Shown piece by piece: positions 38,656 through 49,169 of a stretch of DNA of 64,000 bases. The stretch lies in NCBI GenBank assembly GCA_963806185.1, contig CAWDXE010000003.1, positions 276,619 through 340,618 on the forward strand, given 5' to 3'. Below the pieces are notes generated by a model. The model worked only from the letters and a program-made list of their open reading frames with translations. It had not been told where the DNA came from and ran no database searches. A program made the translations under genes and the position numbers. This DNA comes from an uncultured candidate division Zixibacteria bacterium. GTDB taxonomy: Bacteria; Zixibacteria; MSB-5A5; GN15; FEB-12. Each line of letters starts with the position of its first letter. Positions within the stretch are counted from its first letter, which is position 1.

Positions 38656-40208
38656 AGTATGAAAAGTATACCCATTATCAACGCACTTATCAATAACGAG
38701 ACTTTACCGACCAGATCCCCGATCCGGGTGAATACCGAAAATCCGTCGATCGGGTCAACCTTACCTGTGAGTACAGCCGCCGTAGACATCGGCAGCTCTT
38801 CGCGAATCCGACCGTAGGGGTCAACTATATAGGTTATCCCGGAATTGGCGGCTCGGGCCATCCAGCAGCGGTTTTCGACTGCTCTGGTCAGGAAAATCCG
38901 GGAGTGCATATGCGTGCCAACCGATGTACCAAACCAGGTATCGTTGGTTATACCGACCAGGAAGTCCGCCCCCTTCAGGATCATTTCACGCGAGAAGTCC
39001 GGAAAGGCCGATTCAAAACAGATGAGTACGCCGAAGTTGTGTTCTTTGAGCCGAAAGACAGCCGATGAATCACCCGGATAGAAATTGGACCACCAGTTAA
39101 CATTAAGGGTGCGGATGAAGGTCAGGTATTTCTGAATGACATCACCGCGCAAAAACGGCAGATAATCCTGATAAGGAGATTGTTCCGTAAACGGCACCAG
39201 CTTCACCTTGTCGTATCGCTCGCCGAAAGATCCGGCCGGGGAAACCTGATAAGCTGAATTGAAGTAGCGCGTCTCGCCGCGCTTAAAACCGGCCCCCATA
39301 CCGCCGACGAGATGGAAACAGTCGGAACGCCGCACGATGTCAGCCACTCGCTGGCGGGCCTCAGCATTGTGCGAGAGGTACGCGGGAGCCGCCGTCTCCG
39401 GCCACACAAACAGATCGATCGGCCGGTCGGTCACTGCTTGCGTCAGAGAGTCGTAGACCCGATAGCTGAAATCCTCGTTGTCGTCACCCCATTTGTCCTC
39501 CAGAGGAATATTCCCCTGAAGCAGGGCTACCGTAAGGTGTCCCTCCCGCGGGTACGGCGGCATTTCAATCCATCCGTAAGCGGTCAAGGCGACGACCATG
39601 GCCAGCGAAGCGAAGGCACAGGTCATGCGACGTTCCACGGAGAGCTCTTTTCGCAAAACCTGCCACAGCAGAATGTTGACCACGACGATGCACAGCGAGA
39701 GACCGTGAACCGATATAAGCGAGACAATCTGTAGAATGTACAGATAATACGACTGGGTGTAGCCAAGATCCGACCAGGGAAACGCAAATTCGGTTAGTGT
39801 GCGGGCGTACTCCATCCCCACCCACAGCAGCGGCAACGCGATCAGTCCGGCCCAATGTCGCCAATGATAAAGGAGGTGGAAGAAGTAGAGGACAAAGGCA
39901 TAGTAAAACGCCACGACCAGGATGGCGGCGAGACATCCTGGTGGCGTCACCGGTGCAATCCAATAAAGGCTGAACGCGTTGAAGAAGAAGCCAAAGAAAT
40001 AGGCGGAATTGAATGCGGCCCGGCGATCAAGCCGGGTCAGAATCATCAACGGTCGCACCAGTGCCAGCCAGGCAAGCCACCCGAACCAAACTGGATAGAA
40101 AGCGAGCGACAAGAGAAATGCCCAGACAATCAGTTCGAGCCGCCGTTGCCGAACAGCAATGTCCTCGGGAAGAATCGCACGAAAGATTCTGCGGAAGAAT
40201 GAGCCCAG
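38619..40208 (-). CDS. lnt: Apolipoprotein N-acyltransferase (start CTG 40208 or TTG 40112)
   Basis: FPW, LQGNI, WPE, KVKLVPF, ICFES, ITNDTWF, RAVEN, ANSG. Confidence 0.95.
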   Translation of the reverse strand: MGSFFRRIFRAILPEDIAVRQRRLELIVWAFLLSLAFYPVWFGWLAWLALVRPLMILTRLDRRAAFNSAYFFGFFFNAFSLYWIAPVTPPGCLAAILVVAFYYAFVLYFFHLLYHWRHWAGLIALPLLWVGMEYARTLTEFAFPWSDLGYTQSYYLYILQIVSLISVHGLSLCIVVVNILLWQVLRKELSVERRMTCAFASLAMVVALTAYGWIEMPPYPREGHLTVALLQGNIPLEDKWGDDNEDFSYRVYDSLTQAVTDRPIDLFVWPETAAPAYLSHNAEARQRVADIVRRSDCFHLVGGMGAGFKRGETRYFNSAYQVSPAGSFGERYDKVKLVPFTEQSPYQDYLPFLRGDVIQKYLTFIRTLNVNWWSNFYPGDSSAVFRLKEHNFGVLICFESAFPDFSREMILKGADFLVGITNDTWFGTSVGTHMHSRIFLTRAVENRCWMARAANSGITYIVDPYGRIREELPMSTAAVLTGKVDPIDGFSVFTRIGDLVGKVSLLISALIMGILFILWLVRKFRTFAA

Positions 40209-40212
40209 TGCG

Positions 40213-41754
40213 TTACCCTCGAATCAGGAGTGACTTCCCGGTCATCTCCCTGGGAATTTCGATGCCCAGAATATCCAGAATAGTCGGGGCGACATCGGCC
40301 AGAATACCACCCTCGCGAAGAAAGAACTTTCCCTCATTGATCTGGTGAGCCGGATCGTAGAGCACAAACGGTACCAGATTGGTAGTATGCGCCGTCCAGG
40401 GGCCGCCGGTGTGGGGGTCAACCATCATTTCCGCGTTGCCATGATCGGCCGTCACCAAAGCGATACCGTTGACGCCCTTCACCGCATCCAGCAACCTCCC
40501 CAGTCCCCTGTCGACAGCTTCCACGGCTCTTTTCGCTGCCTGGAAATTACCGGTATGGCCGACCATGTCGCAGTTGGCGTAGTTGATGAGAATGAAATCA
40601 TATTTGCCTGAGTAAATTCCGGCCACGACGACGTCAGTCACCTCTACCGATGACATTTCGGGCTGCAGATCGTAGGTCGCCACCTTGGGTGATGCGATCA
40701 TGATCCGGGTTTCACCCTTAAACGGCTTCTCGATCCCGCCGTTAAAGAAGAAGGTGACGTGAGCATACTTCTCGGTTTCGGCGGTGCAAAGTTGAGTCTT
40801 TTCGTTTCGCGCGAGCACGTCACTGAGAATGTGCCTCAGCCTTCGCTGATGGAACGCGACTTTGGCCTCATAAAACTTCTGGTCGAAGTTGGTCATAGTG
40901 ATGAGTTCGACCTGCGGCGCCTCCGGATGGGGGTAACCGGTGATTTCATGGCCGGCCAGCATATATGACAACTGTCGCGCGCGGTCGGAGCGGAAATTGA
41001 ACATGATGCAGACGTCGCGATCACGTGGGCGGCCGACGGTGCGGGGTTCGATGACGGACGGCTTGATGAACTCATCCGTAATGCCCTTGGCATATGAGGC
41101 CCGCACGGCGGAGACGGGATCGTCAAAGTACTCACACTTGCCGTACACGATCGCACGGTACGCTTTGTTGGTGCGTTCCCAGCGGCGATCACGATCCATA
41201 CCGTAATAGCGTCCCATGACTGTGGCAATCTTGCCGAGACCGGCCTCGCCCATTTTGCGAACAACGCTCTCAATATACCCGATTCCGGAAATCGGTGGCG
41301 TGTCCCGGCCGTCAGTGAACGCATGAAGGTACAGCTCTTCGACGCCCTTCGTCTTGGCCATATCGATGAGAGCAAAGAGGTGCCTCATTGAGGAGTGCAC
41401 GCCGCCATCGGAAACCAGGCCAAAGAGGTGCACGGCTTTGCTTTCCTCGACCGCCCGCTCCATGGCGGTGCTGAAGACCTCGTTCTCAAAGAAGGTGCCG
41501 TCGTCAATGGCCGCATCGATTCGGGTAATATCCTGATAGACAATCCGACCGGCGCCCAGATTCAGGTGACCGACCTCGCTGTTCCCCATCTGACCGACAG
41601 GCAGTCCGACGGCCGGACCCGAACCGTCAATCTTAGTGGTCGGGTTCTCGGCCGTGATCCGGTCATAGTTGGGCTTGTATGCCGCCGCAACCGCATTATC
41701 CGGGGTCGCCTCACGCAAGCCGAATCCGTCCAAAACGCACAATACAACCGTCAT
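40213..41754 (-). CDS. gpmI: 2,3-BPG-independent phosphoglycerate mutase
   Basis: LDGFG, GNSEVGH, TDGRD, AETEKYAHVTFF, TADHGN. Confidence 0.97.
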   Translation of the reverse strand: MTVVLCVLDGFGLREATPDNAVAAAYKPNYDRITAENPTTKIDGSGPAVGLPVGQMGNSEVGHLNLGAGRIVYQDITRIDAAIDDGTFFENEVFSTAMERAVEESKAVHLFGLVSDGGVHSSMRHLFALIDMAKTKGVEELYLHAFTDGRDTPPISGIGYIESVVRKMGEAGLGKIATVMGRYYGMDRDRRWERTNKAYRAIVYGKCEYFDDPVSAVRASYAKGITDEFIKPSVIEPRTVGRPRDRDVCIMFNFRSDRARQLSYMLAGHEITGYPHPEAPQVELITMTNFDQKFYEAKVAFHQRRLRHILSDVLARNEKTQLCTAETEKYAHVTFFFNGGIEKPFKGETRIMIASPKVATYDLQPEMSSVEVTDVVVAGIYSGKYDFILINYANCDMVGHTGNFQAAKRAVEAVDRGLGRLLDAVKGVNGIALVTADHGNAEMMVDPHTGGPWTAHTTNLVPFVLYDPAHQINEGKFFLREGGILADVAPTILDILGIEIPREMTGKSLLIRG

Positions 41755-42803
41755 GCGATCAACCGTACCTTTGTTTGCCCCCGAGTGATCTTGCCCAGAT
41801 GATATACCTTTTCGCCCTGCTTGGCCAAATTCGCCTCTAGTGAGGCCGCAGCCGATTCGGGCGCAACTACGATGTATCCGATGCCCATATTAAACGCCGA
41901 GTAGATGTCGTCGGGATCGATATCCCCCGCCTTACGGAGGAAATCGAAAATCGGTAACACCGGCCAACTGCCGAGTTTGATATCGGCTTGCAGACCATTG
42001 GGAATTATCCGCTTCAAATTGCCCGGTATGCCGCCACCGGTGATGTGCGCCATGCCATGAATCTCACATTGACCCAGCAGCGGCAATATGAGCGGCGCAT
42101 AACAGCGATGAACTTTCAGCAAGGCGTCGGCGATTGTCATATTTAGCTCTGAGACAACTGAATCCGGTTTCAATCCGGCCACTTCAAACGCCACCTTGCG
42201 GGCCAGCGTGTAGCCGTTCGTGTGCAGACCGTTGGAGGCCAGCCCCAGGCAAACATCGCCCTCACGAATCGTCGAGCCATTGATGATCATGTCCTGATCA
42301 ACGAGGCCCACAATGAACCCGGCCAGATCGTACTCGCCGGCCTGATAAAAATCAGGCATCTCAGCCGTCTCACCGCCCAAAAGAGCGACACCCGCATTCT
42401 GGCATCCGCGGCTCAACCCGGCCACAATGTCTGCTACCGTGTTGGTATTGAGCTTGCCGGTGGCGATATAATCCAGAAAAAACAGCGCTCGGGCACCGTG
42501 AACCAGGATATCGTTAATACAGTGATTGACGAGATCTTCACCCACGGTATCGTGGCGACCGGTCATGAAAGCGAGCTTGAGCTTCGTACCGACGCCGTCA
42601 GCCGATGAAATGAGAACGGGATTGCGCATCCCGGTAGTATCCGGTTTGAAAAAGCCGCCGAAAGAACCGATTTCCGAGAGCACACCCTTGGTGAACGTGC
42701 GGCGAGCCAAGGTCTTGATCTTCTCGACTGCCTCTTCCCCGGCGGCGACATCGACACCCGCCTGGGCGTAACTCAATTTTCCCTTGCTGCCGTCGGTGGA
42801 CAT
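41751..42803 (-). CDS. purM: AIR synthetase
   Basis: YAQAGVD, DGVGTK, FFLDY, GGETAEMP, SNGLHTNG, AHITGGG. Confidence 0.97.
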   Translation of the reverse strand: MSTDGSKGKLSYAQAGVDVAAGEEAVEKIKTLARRTFTKGVLSEIGSFGGFFKPDTTGMRNPVLISSADGVGTKLKLAFMTGRHDTVGEDLVNHCINDILVHGARALFFLDYIATGKLNTNTVADIVAGLSRGCQNAGVALLGGETAEMPDFYQAGEYDLAGFIVGLVDQDMIINGSTIREGDVCLGLASNGLHTNGYTLARKVAFEVAGLKPDSVVSELNMTIADALLKVHRCYAPLILPLLGQCEIHGMAHITGGGIPGNLKRIIPNGLQADIKLGSWPVLPIFDFLRKAGDIDPDDIYSAFNMGIGYIVVAPESAAASLEANLAKQGEKVYHLGKITRGQTKVRLIA

Positions 42804-42884
42804 AGGCCCAAAGGTAGGGAACGGCCTTGGCCAAGTCAACAAAGGTTGAGAATGGACTTGCTTCCTTCACACCCGGAATGGGGC

Positions 42885-43871
42885 TCAGTGACCGCGCTGA
42901 ATGAGTATGTCGAGGACGCTCCGGAAATCGCCCGGCGGCGGCACGGAGAAGGACATCGATTCGCCTGTCGCCGGATGCGAGAAGCGAATGGACTGCGAGT
43001 GGAGCGCCTGACGATGGAGAAGAGCCAGCAGTTGCTTGGCCAGAGGCCGTTCCGGAGCGAACAAGCCGCGAACCGACCTCTCCCGGCCGCCGTATTCGGA
43101 ATCCCCAAAAACCGGATGACCGATATGAGCAAAATGCACGCGTATTTGGTGGGTGCGGCCGGTCTGAAGTTCAACATCCAGCAAATCGTACGATCGGAAT
43201 CGGTCCTGCAATCGGAAGCGAGTCACCGCTTCGCGCCCGTCGGTGACAATTGCCATCTTCTTCCGGTCGTTGGGCGACCGTCCCATCGGTGCGTCAATCA
43301 CTCCTTCGTCCTCCACTACGTGCCCCCAAATCAACGCCAGATAGGATCGGCGAACCTGTCTTGCCGCTATCGCCGCCTGTAAGGCGCGATGCGTCTGGTC
43401 GTCCTTGGCGACCAACAGCAGGCCGGTCGTGTCCTTGTCCAGCCGGTGTACAATGCCGGGACGGTCTGTCCCCCCGCCCCCTGACGACAAGCTTCCAAGA
43501 TGATGGAGAAGCGCATTTACCAGCGTGCCGGACCTGCTCCCTGGCGCAGGGTGGGTTACCATGCCCGCCGGTTTGTTTATCACAGCCAGATGCTGATCCT
43601 GGTAAACGATCTCAAGCTGAAGATTCTCAGGGGATAGTGGCGAGGGCGGGGCCGCGACCAGAGTGATTGCGATTTCATCCCCCGGGCGTACCTGGTAGCG
43701 TGCCGGCACGACCTTGCCGTTCACCAGCACCGCTCCATCATCGATCAATTGCCTGACCTTGGTCCGGGATAATCCGAGATCAGATTGAGCCGCCAGATAT
43801 CTGTCAATACGCTCAGGTTCGGCGCTGGCGGGAACCGGATGCGTGAACTGCTTCGAGACTTGGTCTGGCAT
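42885..43871 (-). CDS. RluA/RluD family pseudouridine synthase
   Basis: S4 domain, NKPAG, HRLDKDTTG, TGRTHQIR. Confidence 0.95.
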   Translation of the reverse strand: MPDQVSKQFTHPVPASAEPERIDRYLAAQSDLGLSRTKVRQLIDDGAVLVNGKVVPARYQVRPGDEIAITLVAAPPSPLSPENLQLEIVYQDQHLAVINKPAGMVTHPAPGSRSGTLVNALLHHLGSLSSGGGGTDRPGIVHRLDKDTTGLLLVAKDDQTHRALQAAIAARQVRRSYLALIWGHVVEDEGVIDAPMGRSPNDRKKMAIVTDGREAVTRFRLQDRFRSYDLLDVELQTGRTHQIRVHFAHIGHPVFGDSEYGGRERSVRGLFAPERPLAKQLLALLHRQALHSQSIRFSHPATGESMSFSVPPPGDFRSVLDILIQRGH

Positions 43872-43878
43872 CGACCGC

Positions 43879-44604
43879 TTACCGTTTTGCCGGTGGCTGT
43901 TTGAGCAGTTCTTTCATTTCGGACACGGCTTGTCCGAGTCCGACCAGGAGACCACGTGCGAGTATCGAATGGCCAATGATGAATTCATCGATCCCCCCCA
44001 ACTCCACGAGTGGGGTGACGTTTCTATAGGTCACACCTCTTCCGACCACGGCCTGAACGTGCTGTTTCTGGGCAAATTGCACTGCATCGTCGATGCGATC
44101 AAGCTCGTGTTGTGCCTCGTCCAGCGATCTGGCCTCGGTGTAACCAGTAGCCTGAATCAATACCGACGAAGCCCCCGTCTTGGCCGCAGCTTTGATGACG
44201 TCATTGGCGGGCATGACCAAAAAGCCGACCTGAATACCCGCAGCGCCACATCGCTCGACAATTTTCGTGAATTCCGTGCGGGTGTCGGCAAGGGAGACCA
44301 TGCCCGACGTACCGTCGGGGTTTTCATTGGAGAAAATGATCATCCACGGACGAACTTCAAGCACCCTGTCCAAAAGCTCCTCGGCCGGAGGCATCTCGAC
44401 CACCAACTTGGTCTTGGCAACTTCACGCAATACGTACAGGTCGCGCTCGCGGGCATAGCGGCGATCTTTGCGCAGTTGAATCGCTACTCCGTCTACGCCG
44501 GCCAGCTCGGCGATAACCGCCGCCTGGGTCGGATCGGGATCCTTGAGCTTGCGACTTTCACGCAGGGCGGCAATCTGATCAAGTAGAAGAGTTAGTAGAG
44601 GCAT
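43879..44604 (-). CDS. PdxJ-like protein (pyridoxine 5'-phosphate synthase fold) with degenerate active site
   Basis: DQIAALR..PDP, AGVDG, LRKDRR, GRGV, IGHSI follow PdxJ spacing, but several conserved His residues are substituted. Confidence 0.8.
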   Translation of the reverse strand: MPLLTLLLDQIAALRESRKLKDPDPTQAAVIAELAGVDGVAIQLRKDRRYARERDLYVLREVAKTKLVVEMPPAEELLDRVLEVRPWMIIFSNENPDGTSGMVSLADTRTEFTKIVERCGAAGIQVGFLVMPANDVIKAAAKTGASSVLIQATGYTEARSLDEAQHELDRIDDAVQFAQKQHVQAVVGRGVTYRNVTPLVELGGIDEFIIGHSILARGLLVGLGQAVSEMKELLKQPPAKR

Positions 44605-44665
44605 GGTACAATCCTTGTCCAAAGCGCCAGGGTTTGAGCCCGGCCGGTGTGCGGCTTCGGTTTCG

Positions 44666-45463
44666 TTACAACAGTCTATTGGCGCGCAAGATACCCGTCA
44701 AGGTCAAAAACTGGTCGATCGACAGTTGTTCGGCCCGAATAGTCGGGGTCAGCGACATTTCCAGCAAGATTTTCCTGATTTGCTCGGCATCCGGCCCAAT
44801 ATCGGGCACCAGATTGTTGACCAGCGTCTTGCGTCGTTGCGCAAAGGCCGCGCGAACCAGCTTCTCAAATCCGTCAGGCACCTCGATCCGAGATTTCTTG
44901 GGGACCAATTCGAAGACGGTCGACCAGACCTCGGGCGGCGGAGTAAAGTGCTTTGGGGAAACGTCAAACAAAAGCCGGATATCAAACAGAAGCTGCATGA
45001 AGATCGCCAGCGGCGACCAGTCTTTGCCGCCGGGGGTCGAGGCAACCCGGTGCGCTACTTCGCGCTGCACCATAAACACAGCTCGATCGATTCGGTCGGT
45101 ATGGTGCGCACACCAGTCCAGCACCGGCGAGGAAATATTGTACGGCAAGTTACCGATCAGTTTGAACGATGGGAATCCGGCACGATTCGGCTCGTACATG
45201 AGAAAGTCTGCCTGAATGATGGTCACATTCGGTTGCTTCCCAACGGTATCATTGAGACGCTCAATCATGTCACGGTCGAACTCGACTGCCGTCACCTGCG
45301 CACCGCTCTCCGCCAGACCGACTGTCAGTGCTCCTCGGCCTGGCCCTACTTCAATAATCCGGTCACCTGCCTTCGGCGAAATCGAGTCAACGATCTGTCG
45401 GATGATATCATCCGACGTCAGAAAATGCTGACCGAGTCGCTTCTTTGCCCGATAGCCGCCCAT
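44666..45463 (-). CDS. rsmA: 16S rRNA dimethyltransferase
   Basis: KKRLGQHFL, EVGPGRG, GNLPYNI, MVQREVA, FAQRRK. Confidence 0.96.
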   Translation of the reverse strand: MGGYRAKKRLGQHFLTSDDIIRQIVDSISPKAGDRIIEVGPGRGALTVGLAESGAQVTAVEFDRDMIERLNDTVGKQPNVTIIQADFLMYEPNRAGFPSFKLIGNLPYNISSPVLDWCAHHTDRIDRAVFMVQREVAHRVASTPGGKDWSPLAIFMQLLFDIRLLFDVSPKHFTPPPEVWSTVFELVPKKSRIEVPDGFEKLVRAAFAQRRKTLVNNLVPDIGPDAEQIRKILLEMSLTPTIRAEQLSIDQFLTLTGILRANRLL

Positions 45464-45465
45464 GA

Positions 45466-46242
45466 TCACCCCGCGAACGTTTCAGCCAGACGGAAGAGCC
45501 TGCGGCTATTACTATCGGTGATGCGCTCCACCTCGCCGGCAGACAGTCTGTGCAGTTCGGCAACTTTCTGACACACATGAGTAACGTATGCCGGTCGATT
45601 CGTCTTCCCGCGAAACGGCACCGGTGTCAAATATGGGGCATCGGTTTCCAGCAACACCCGATCGAGCGGCACACCCGCTATCGTCTGCGACATGACCGAG
45701 TTCTTATACGTCACCTGGCCGCCTACTGAGATGACAAAACCAAGGCCAAAGACGATTTCGGCATCCCTGGCCGAGCCGGGGAAGCAGTGGAAAACGCCAC
45801 CGGGAAGGCGCGCGGAAAAATCGCGCACGATGGCGATCGTATCTTCGAATGCCTCCCGCGTGTGGATGACCACCGGCAGTTTCAGAGTGACCGCCAGTTC
45901 AAGCTGTTGAATGAACGCCTCCCGCTGTACGCTCCGAGGCGACAAGTCACGATAATAGTCCAGTCCGATCTCGCCGATGGCCACCACCTTCTTGCGGGTC
46001 GCCAGTTCCCGAAGGGTAGCCAGTGCGTGAGGTGTCAGCGTGGTTGCGTCGTGGGGGTGAATGCCGACTGTGGCATAAACTGACGGAAAGCGCGAGGCCA
46101 ACTCCACGGTCGCGTGCGATGACGGCAGGTCGGCGCCGATGGTCACCAGAGTGTGGACACCCGCTGCCGTTGCTTCGGCAACCAATTCTTCCTGTGATTC
46201 ACCATACTGATGGGAATCGAGATGACAATGCGAGTCGATCAT
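45466..46242 (-). CDS. tatD: TatD family hydrolase
   Basis: DSHCH, GIHPH, GEIGLD, IHTR, ETDAPY. Confidence 0.95.
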   Translation of the reverse strand: MIDSHCHLDSHQYGESQEELVAEATAAGVHTLVTIGADLPSSHATVELASRFPSVYATVGIHPHDATTLTPHALATLRELATRKKVVAIGEIGLDYYRDLSPRSVQREAFIQQLELAVTLKLPVVIHTREAFEDTIAIVRDFSARLPGGVFHCFPGSARDAEIVFGLGFVISVGGQVTYKNSVMSQTIAGVPLDRVLLETDAPYLTPVPFRGKTNRPAYVTHVCQKVAELHRLSAGEVERITDSNSRRLFRLAETFAG

Positions 46243-48188
46243 TAACTGATCTTCGCACCCGGCGGAAGGTCGCCGTCGGGTGTGATGAGGGCCAGCTTAT
46301 CACCGGCTTTGGCCGCCAACAGCATGCCGGCCGACTCAACACCGCGCAAGATCGTAGGTTTCAGATTGGCCACCACGACAACCCGCTTCCCGATCAGCGC
46401 CTCCGGCGAGTAAAACAAAGCGATCCCGGCGACAATCTGTCGTTTTTCCCGTCCCAGGTCGACCTGCAGTTTGAGCAGTTTGTCGGCTCCTTCGATGCGC
46501 TCCGCCTGCACTACCTGGGCAACGCGTAGTTCGACCTTGCCGAAGTCTGTTATGTCAAGCAATCCGTCGGCAGTCGCCGGCACGCCGGTTTTCGCGGGGG
46601 CAGCCTGCTGCAGCTTGTCGGCTTTGGGCTCTTTCGGCTCTTTCGATTCGATGCGCGGAAAGATCGCTTTCTCGAACCGCACCGTCGATCCGGGCACCAG
46701 ATCGAAAAACTCCTGCGCGTGCGAAAGCGTGAGGGTCGAATCATCCAGCCCGAACACCGCACGCACCTCTTTCATCTTGGCCGGCATGACCGGATAGAGC
46801 AGGATCGAAACGATGCGAATGACCTCACAACAGGCGTAGAGGACGCCGCCCAGTTCCGCCGTCTTTCCCTCGCGTGCCAGAATCCACGGAGCCGTGTCGT
46901 TGAAGAACTTGTTGGCCGTGCGGACAAGGGCTATGCTCTCGCCAATGGCGTTGGTCAATCGGAAAGCTTTGATATGTTCATACGCTGATCCCGGCAGGCG
47001 CTCGGCCTGGTCGATCAACGGCTCGAGCCCCGGCAGCGTGCGATGCGGCTGCGGCAGCTTGCCGCCAAAGTTGGTCTCAATCAGTTTGCATACGCGCGAC
47101 ACCAGGTTGCCCAAGTCGTTCGCCAGATCGGAATTGTACTGCAGGCTGAACCGCTTTGCCTGGATGTCACCATCGATACCGAACGGATACTGCGTCATCA
47201 AGAGATAGCGGGCACCGTCAGCTCCGTATTGACGAACCATGTCGTTGGGATCAATGACGTTGCCCAGCGATTTCGACATCTTGCTTCCGTCGACAGTGAA
47301 CCACCCGTGTAGAAACATCGTGTCCGGCGGTTTGACGCCTACGGACTCAAGCATCGCCGGCCAGTACAGACAATGAAATTTGAGAATCTCTTTGCCCATC
47401 AGGTGGACAACCTCGGCGTCGGTCCACCACTTCCTGAAGGTCACCGGATCGTCGCCATACCCAATGGCCGTGATATAGTTGGATAGCGCATCCACCCACA
47501 CGTACGCCACCTGGCTCTTGTCGAAGGGTAGCGGAATTCCCCACTTGACGCGCTCGCGCGAGGCGGAGAAATCCCCCAGCCCCTGGTCGATCAGGCCGAG
47601 TACTTCGTTTTTCTTCTCTTCAGGCAGAATGACGATCCGCCCCGTTTCAATGTCCTTGCGGACATTGCCCAGAAAGGCAGTCATCCGGAAGAAGTAATTC
47701 TTTTCCTTCAGTTTCTCCGGCGGGACGCGATGGTCGGGGCAAAGTCCATCGACCAGCTCTTTCTCGGTGAGAAATTTCTCACACCCGTTGCAGTACAACC
47801 CCTCGTAGTAGTCCTGATATATGACTTCCGCGCCGTCAGGGGTGCGGGCGGCACGCATGGCGTCGACAAACTTGATCACCCCGTTGACGTGCCTTTGCGA
47901 GGTGGTGCGAATGAAATAATTGTATTCGATATCGAGGTTCTTCCAGGCCTCCTGAAAGGTGGCCACGATTCGGTCACAGAACTCCTGCGGCGCAATCCCG
48001 GCTTTGGCGGCGGCCTCGGCTATCTTCGTGCCGTGCTCATCCGTGCCGGTCAGGAAAAACGCCTCGCGCCCGGCCAGTCGATGAAATCGGGCGATCAGAT
48101 CAGCCGCAATCGTCGTGTACGCGTGACCGATATGGGGACGATCATTGACGTAATATATGGGCGTGGTGATGTAAAATGGTCTCGACAC
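46242..48188 (-). CDS. metG: Methionyl-tRNA synthetase with C-terminal tRNA-binding domain
   Basis: ITTPIYY, HIGH, KMSKS, C-terminal OB-fold. Confidence 0.98.
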   Translation of the reverse strand: MSRPFYITTPIYYVNDRPHIGHAYTTIAADLIARFHRLAGREAFFLTGTDEHGTKIAEAAAKAGIAPQEFCDRIVATFQEAWKNLDIEYNYFIRTTSQRHVNGVIKFVDAMRAARTPDGAEVIYQDYYEGLYCNGCEKFLTEKELVDGLCPDHRVPPEKLKEKNYFFRMTAFLGNVRKDIETGRIVILPEEKKNEVLGLIDQGLGDFSASRERVKWGIPLPFDKSQVAYVWVDALSNYITAIGYGDDPVTFRKWWTDAEVVHLMGKEILKFHCLYWPAMLESVGVKPPDTMFLHGWFTVDGSKMSKSLGNVIDPNDMVRQYGADGARYLLMTQYPFGIDGDIQAKRFSLQYNSDLANDLGNLVSRVCKLIETNFGGKLPQPHRTLPGLEPLIDQAERLPGSAYEHIKAFRLTNAIGESIALVRTANKFFNDTAPWILAREGKTAELGGVLYACCEVIRIVSILLYPVMPAKMKEVRAVFGLDDSTLTLSHAQEFFDLVPGSTVRFEKAIFPRIESKEPKEPKADKLQQAAPAKTGVPATADGLLDITDFGKVELRVAQVVQAERIEGADKLLKLQVDLGREKRQIVAGIALFYSPEALIGKRVVVVANLKPTILRGVESAGMLLAAKAGDKLALITPDGDLPPGAKIS

Positions 48189-48210
48189 GAGTCCTCCCGG
48201 ATATTCTCGA

Positions 48211-49134
48211 TTAATTCAGCGCATCCGGCTCGTCCAGCCGCTTCAGCGTTTCCTCGTCAACCTCGACCGGCTCTTCGTCGTCCGGCACACTTGCGGCACG
48301 GTCGGCCGGACGGATTCTGGATCGCCCACCCGACTTCACTGAAGTGATATCTTCGACATTCGCACGAAAACTGGTGTTGTCCTCCGCCATTATCACCGCC
48401 TGCTCGTGGAAGTAATCGATCCGCTCGATGACGCCGTTTCCGTTCTTGGTCTCGACGAGGGAACCGACGCTGGGGAATAGTTTCCTCACACCGGTGTATT
48501 GCTCAACTTCGTAACGCAGACAGCACAGAAGCCGGCCGCAGTTTCCCGAGATTTTCGACGGGTTCAGAGACAGGTCCTGTTCGCGGGCATGGGCAGTCGA
48601 GATCGGGGCAAATTCCTTGATGAACGAATTGCAGCACTGCCGGCGACCGCAGATACCGTACCCGTCGATCCGACGGGCTTCGTCGCGGACGCCTATCTGG
48701 CGCAGCTCGATGCGGGTGCGGTACTTGCCGGCCAGCTCGCGGACCAGCGCGCGGAAGTCCACCCGGTGGTCGGCGGTGAAATAAAACGTGATCTTGGATC
48801 CGTCGAATTGTATTTCCACATCGACGATCTTCATGATCAGGCCGTGCCGCCGGACCATCGTCAAAACGTCCTTTTTGTACTGCGCTTCGTTTAACCGCTG
48901 CTGGTCGTACCTGGTCTTGTCTTCCTTGTTAGCGGGGCGGAGAATGGAGTGGGGGCGATTGGAATCGTTGAACTGGACGCGCGAGGCCTCGAGATGCCTG
49001 GCCAGGAGGCCGATTTCTTCACCCTGTTCAGCCTGGACGATCACCTGTTCGGTCAGTCGAAGGGTGTGATAATAAGTATTGTAGAAGTACCCCTTCCGGG
49101 AGCCTTTGAATTCGACGATATAGAGATCGGCCAC
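48211..49134 (-). CDS. ricT: PSP1/RicT (YaaT) family protein
   Basis: RVDFRALV, RIELRQIGVRDEA, CGRRQCC, GNCGRLLCCL. Confidence 0.9.
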   Translation of the reverse strand: MADLYIVEFKGSRKGYFYNTYYHTLRLTEQVIVQAEQGEEIGLLARHLEASRVQFNDSNRPHSILRPANKEDKTRYDQQRLNEAQYKKDVLTMVRRHGLIMKIVDVEIQFDGSKITFYFTADHRVDFRALVRELAGKYRTRIELRQIGVRDEARRIDGYGICGRRQCCNSFIKEFAPISTAHAREQDLSLNPSKISGNCGRLLCCLRYEVEQYTGVRKLFPSVGSLVETKNGNGVIERIDYFHEQAVIMAEDNTSFRANVEDITSVKSGGRSRIRPADRAASVPDDEEPVEVDEETLKRLDEPDALN

Positions 49135-49169
49135 GTTTGCCTCGTAAATTTACACTCCTGAAGAGGGCA

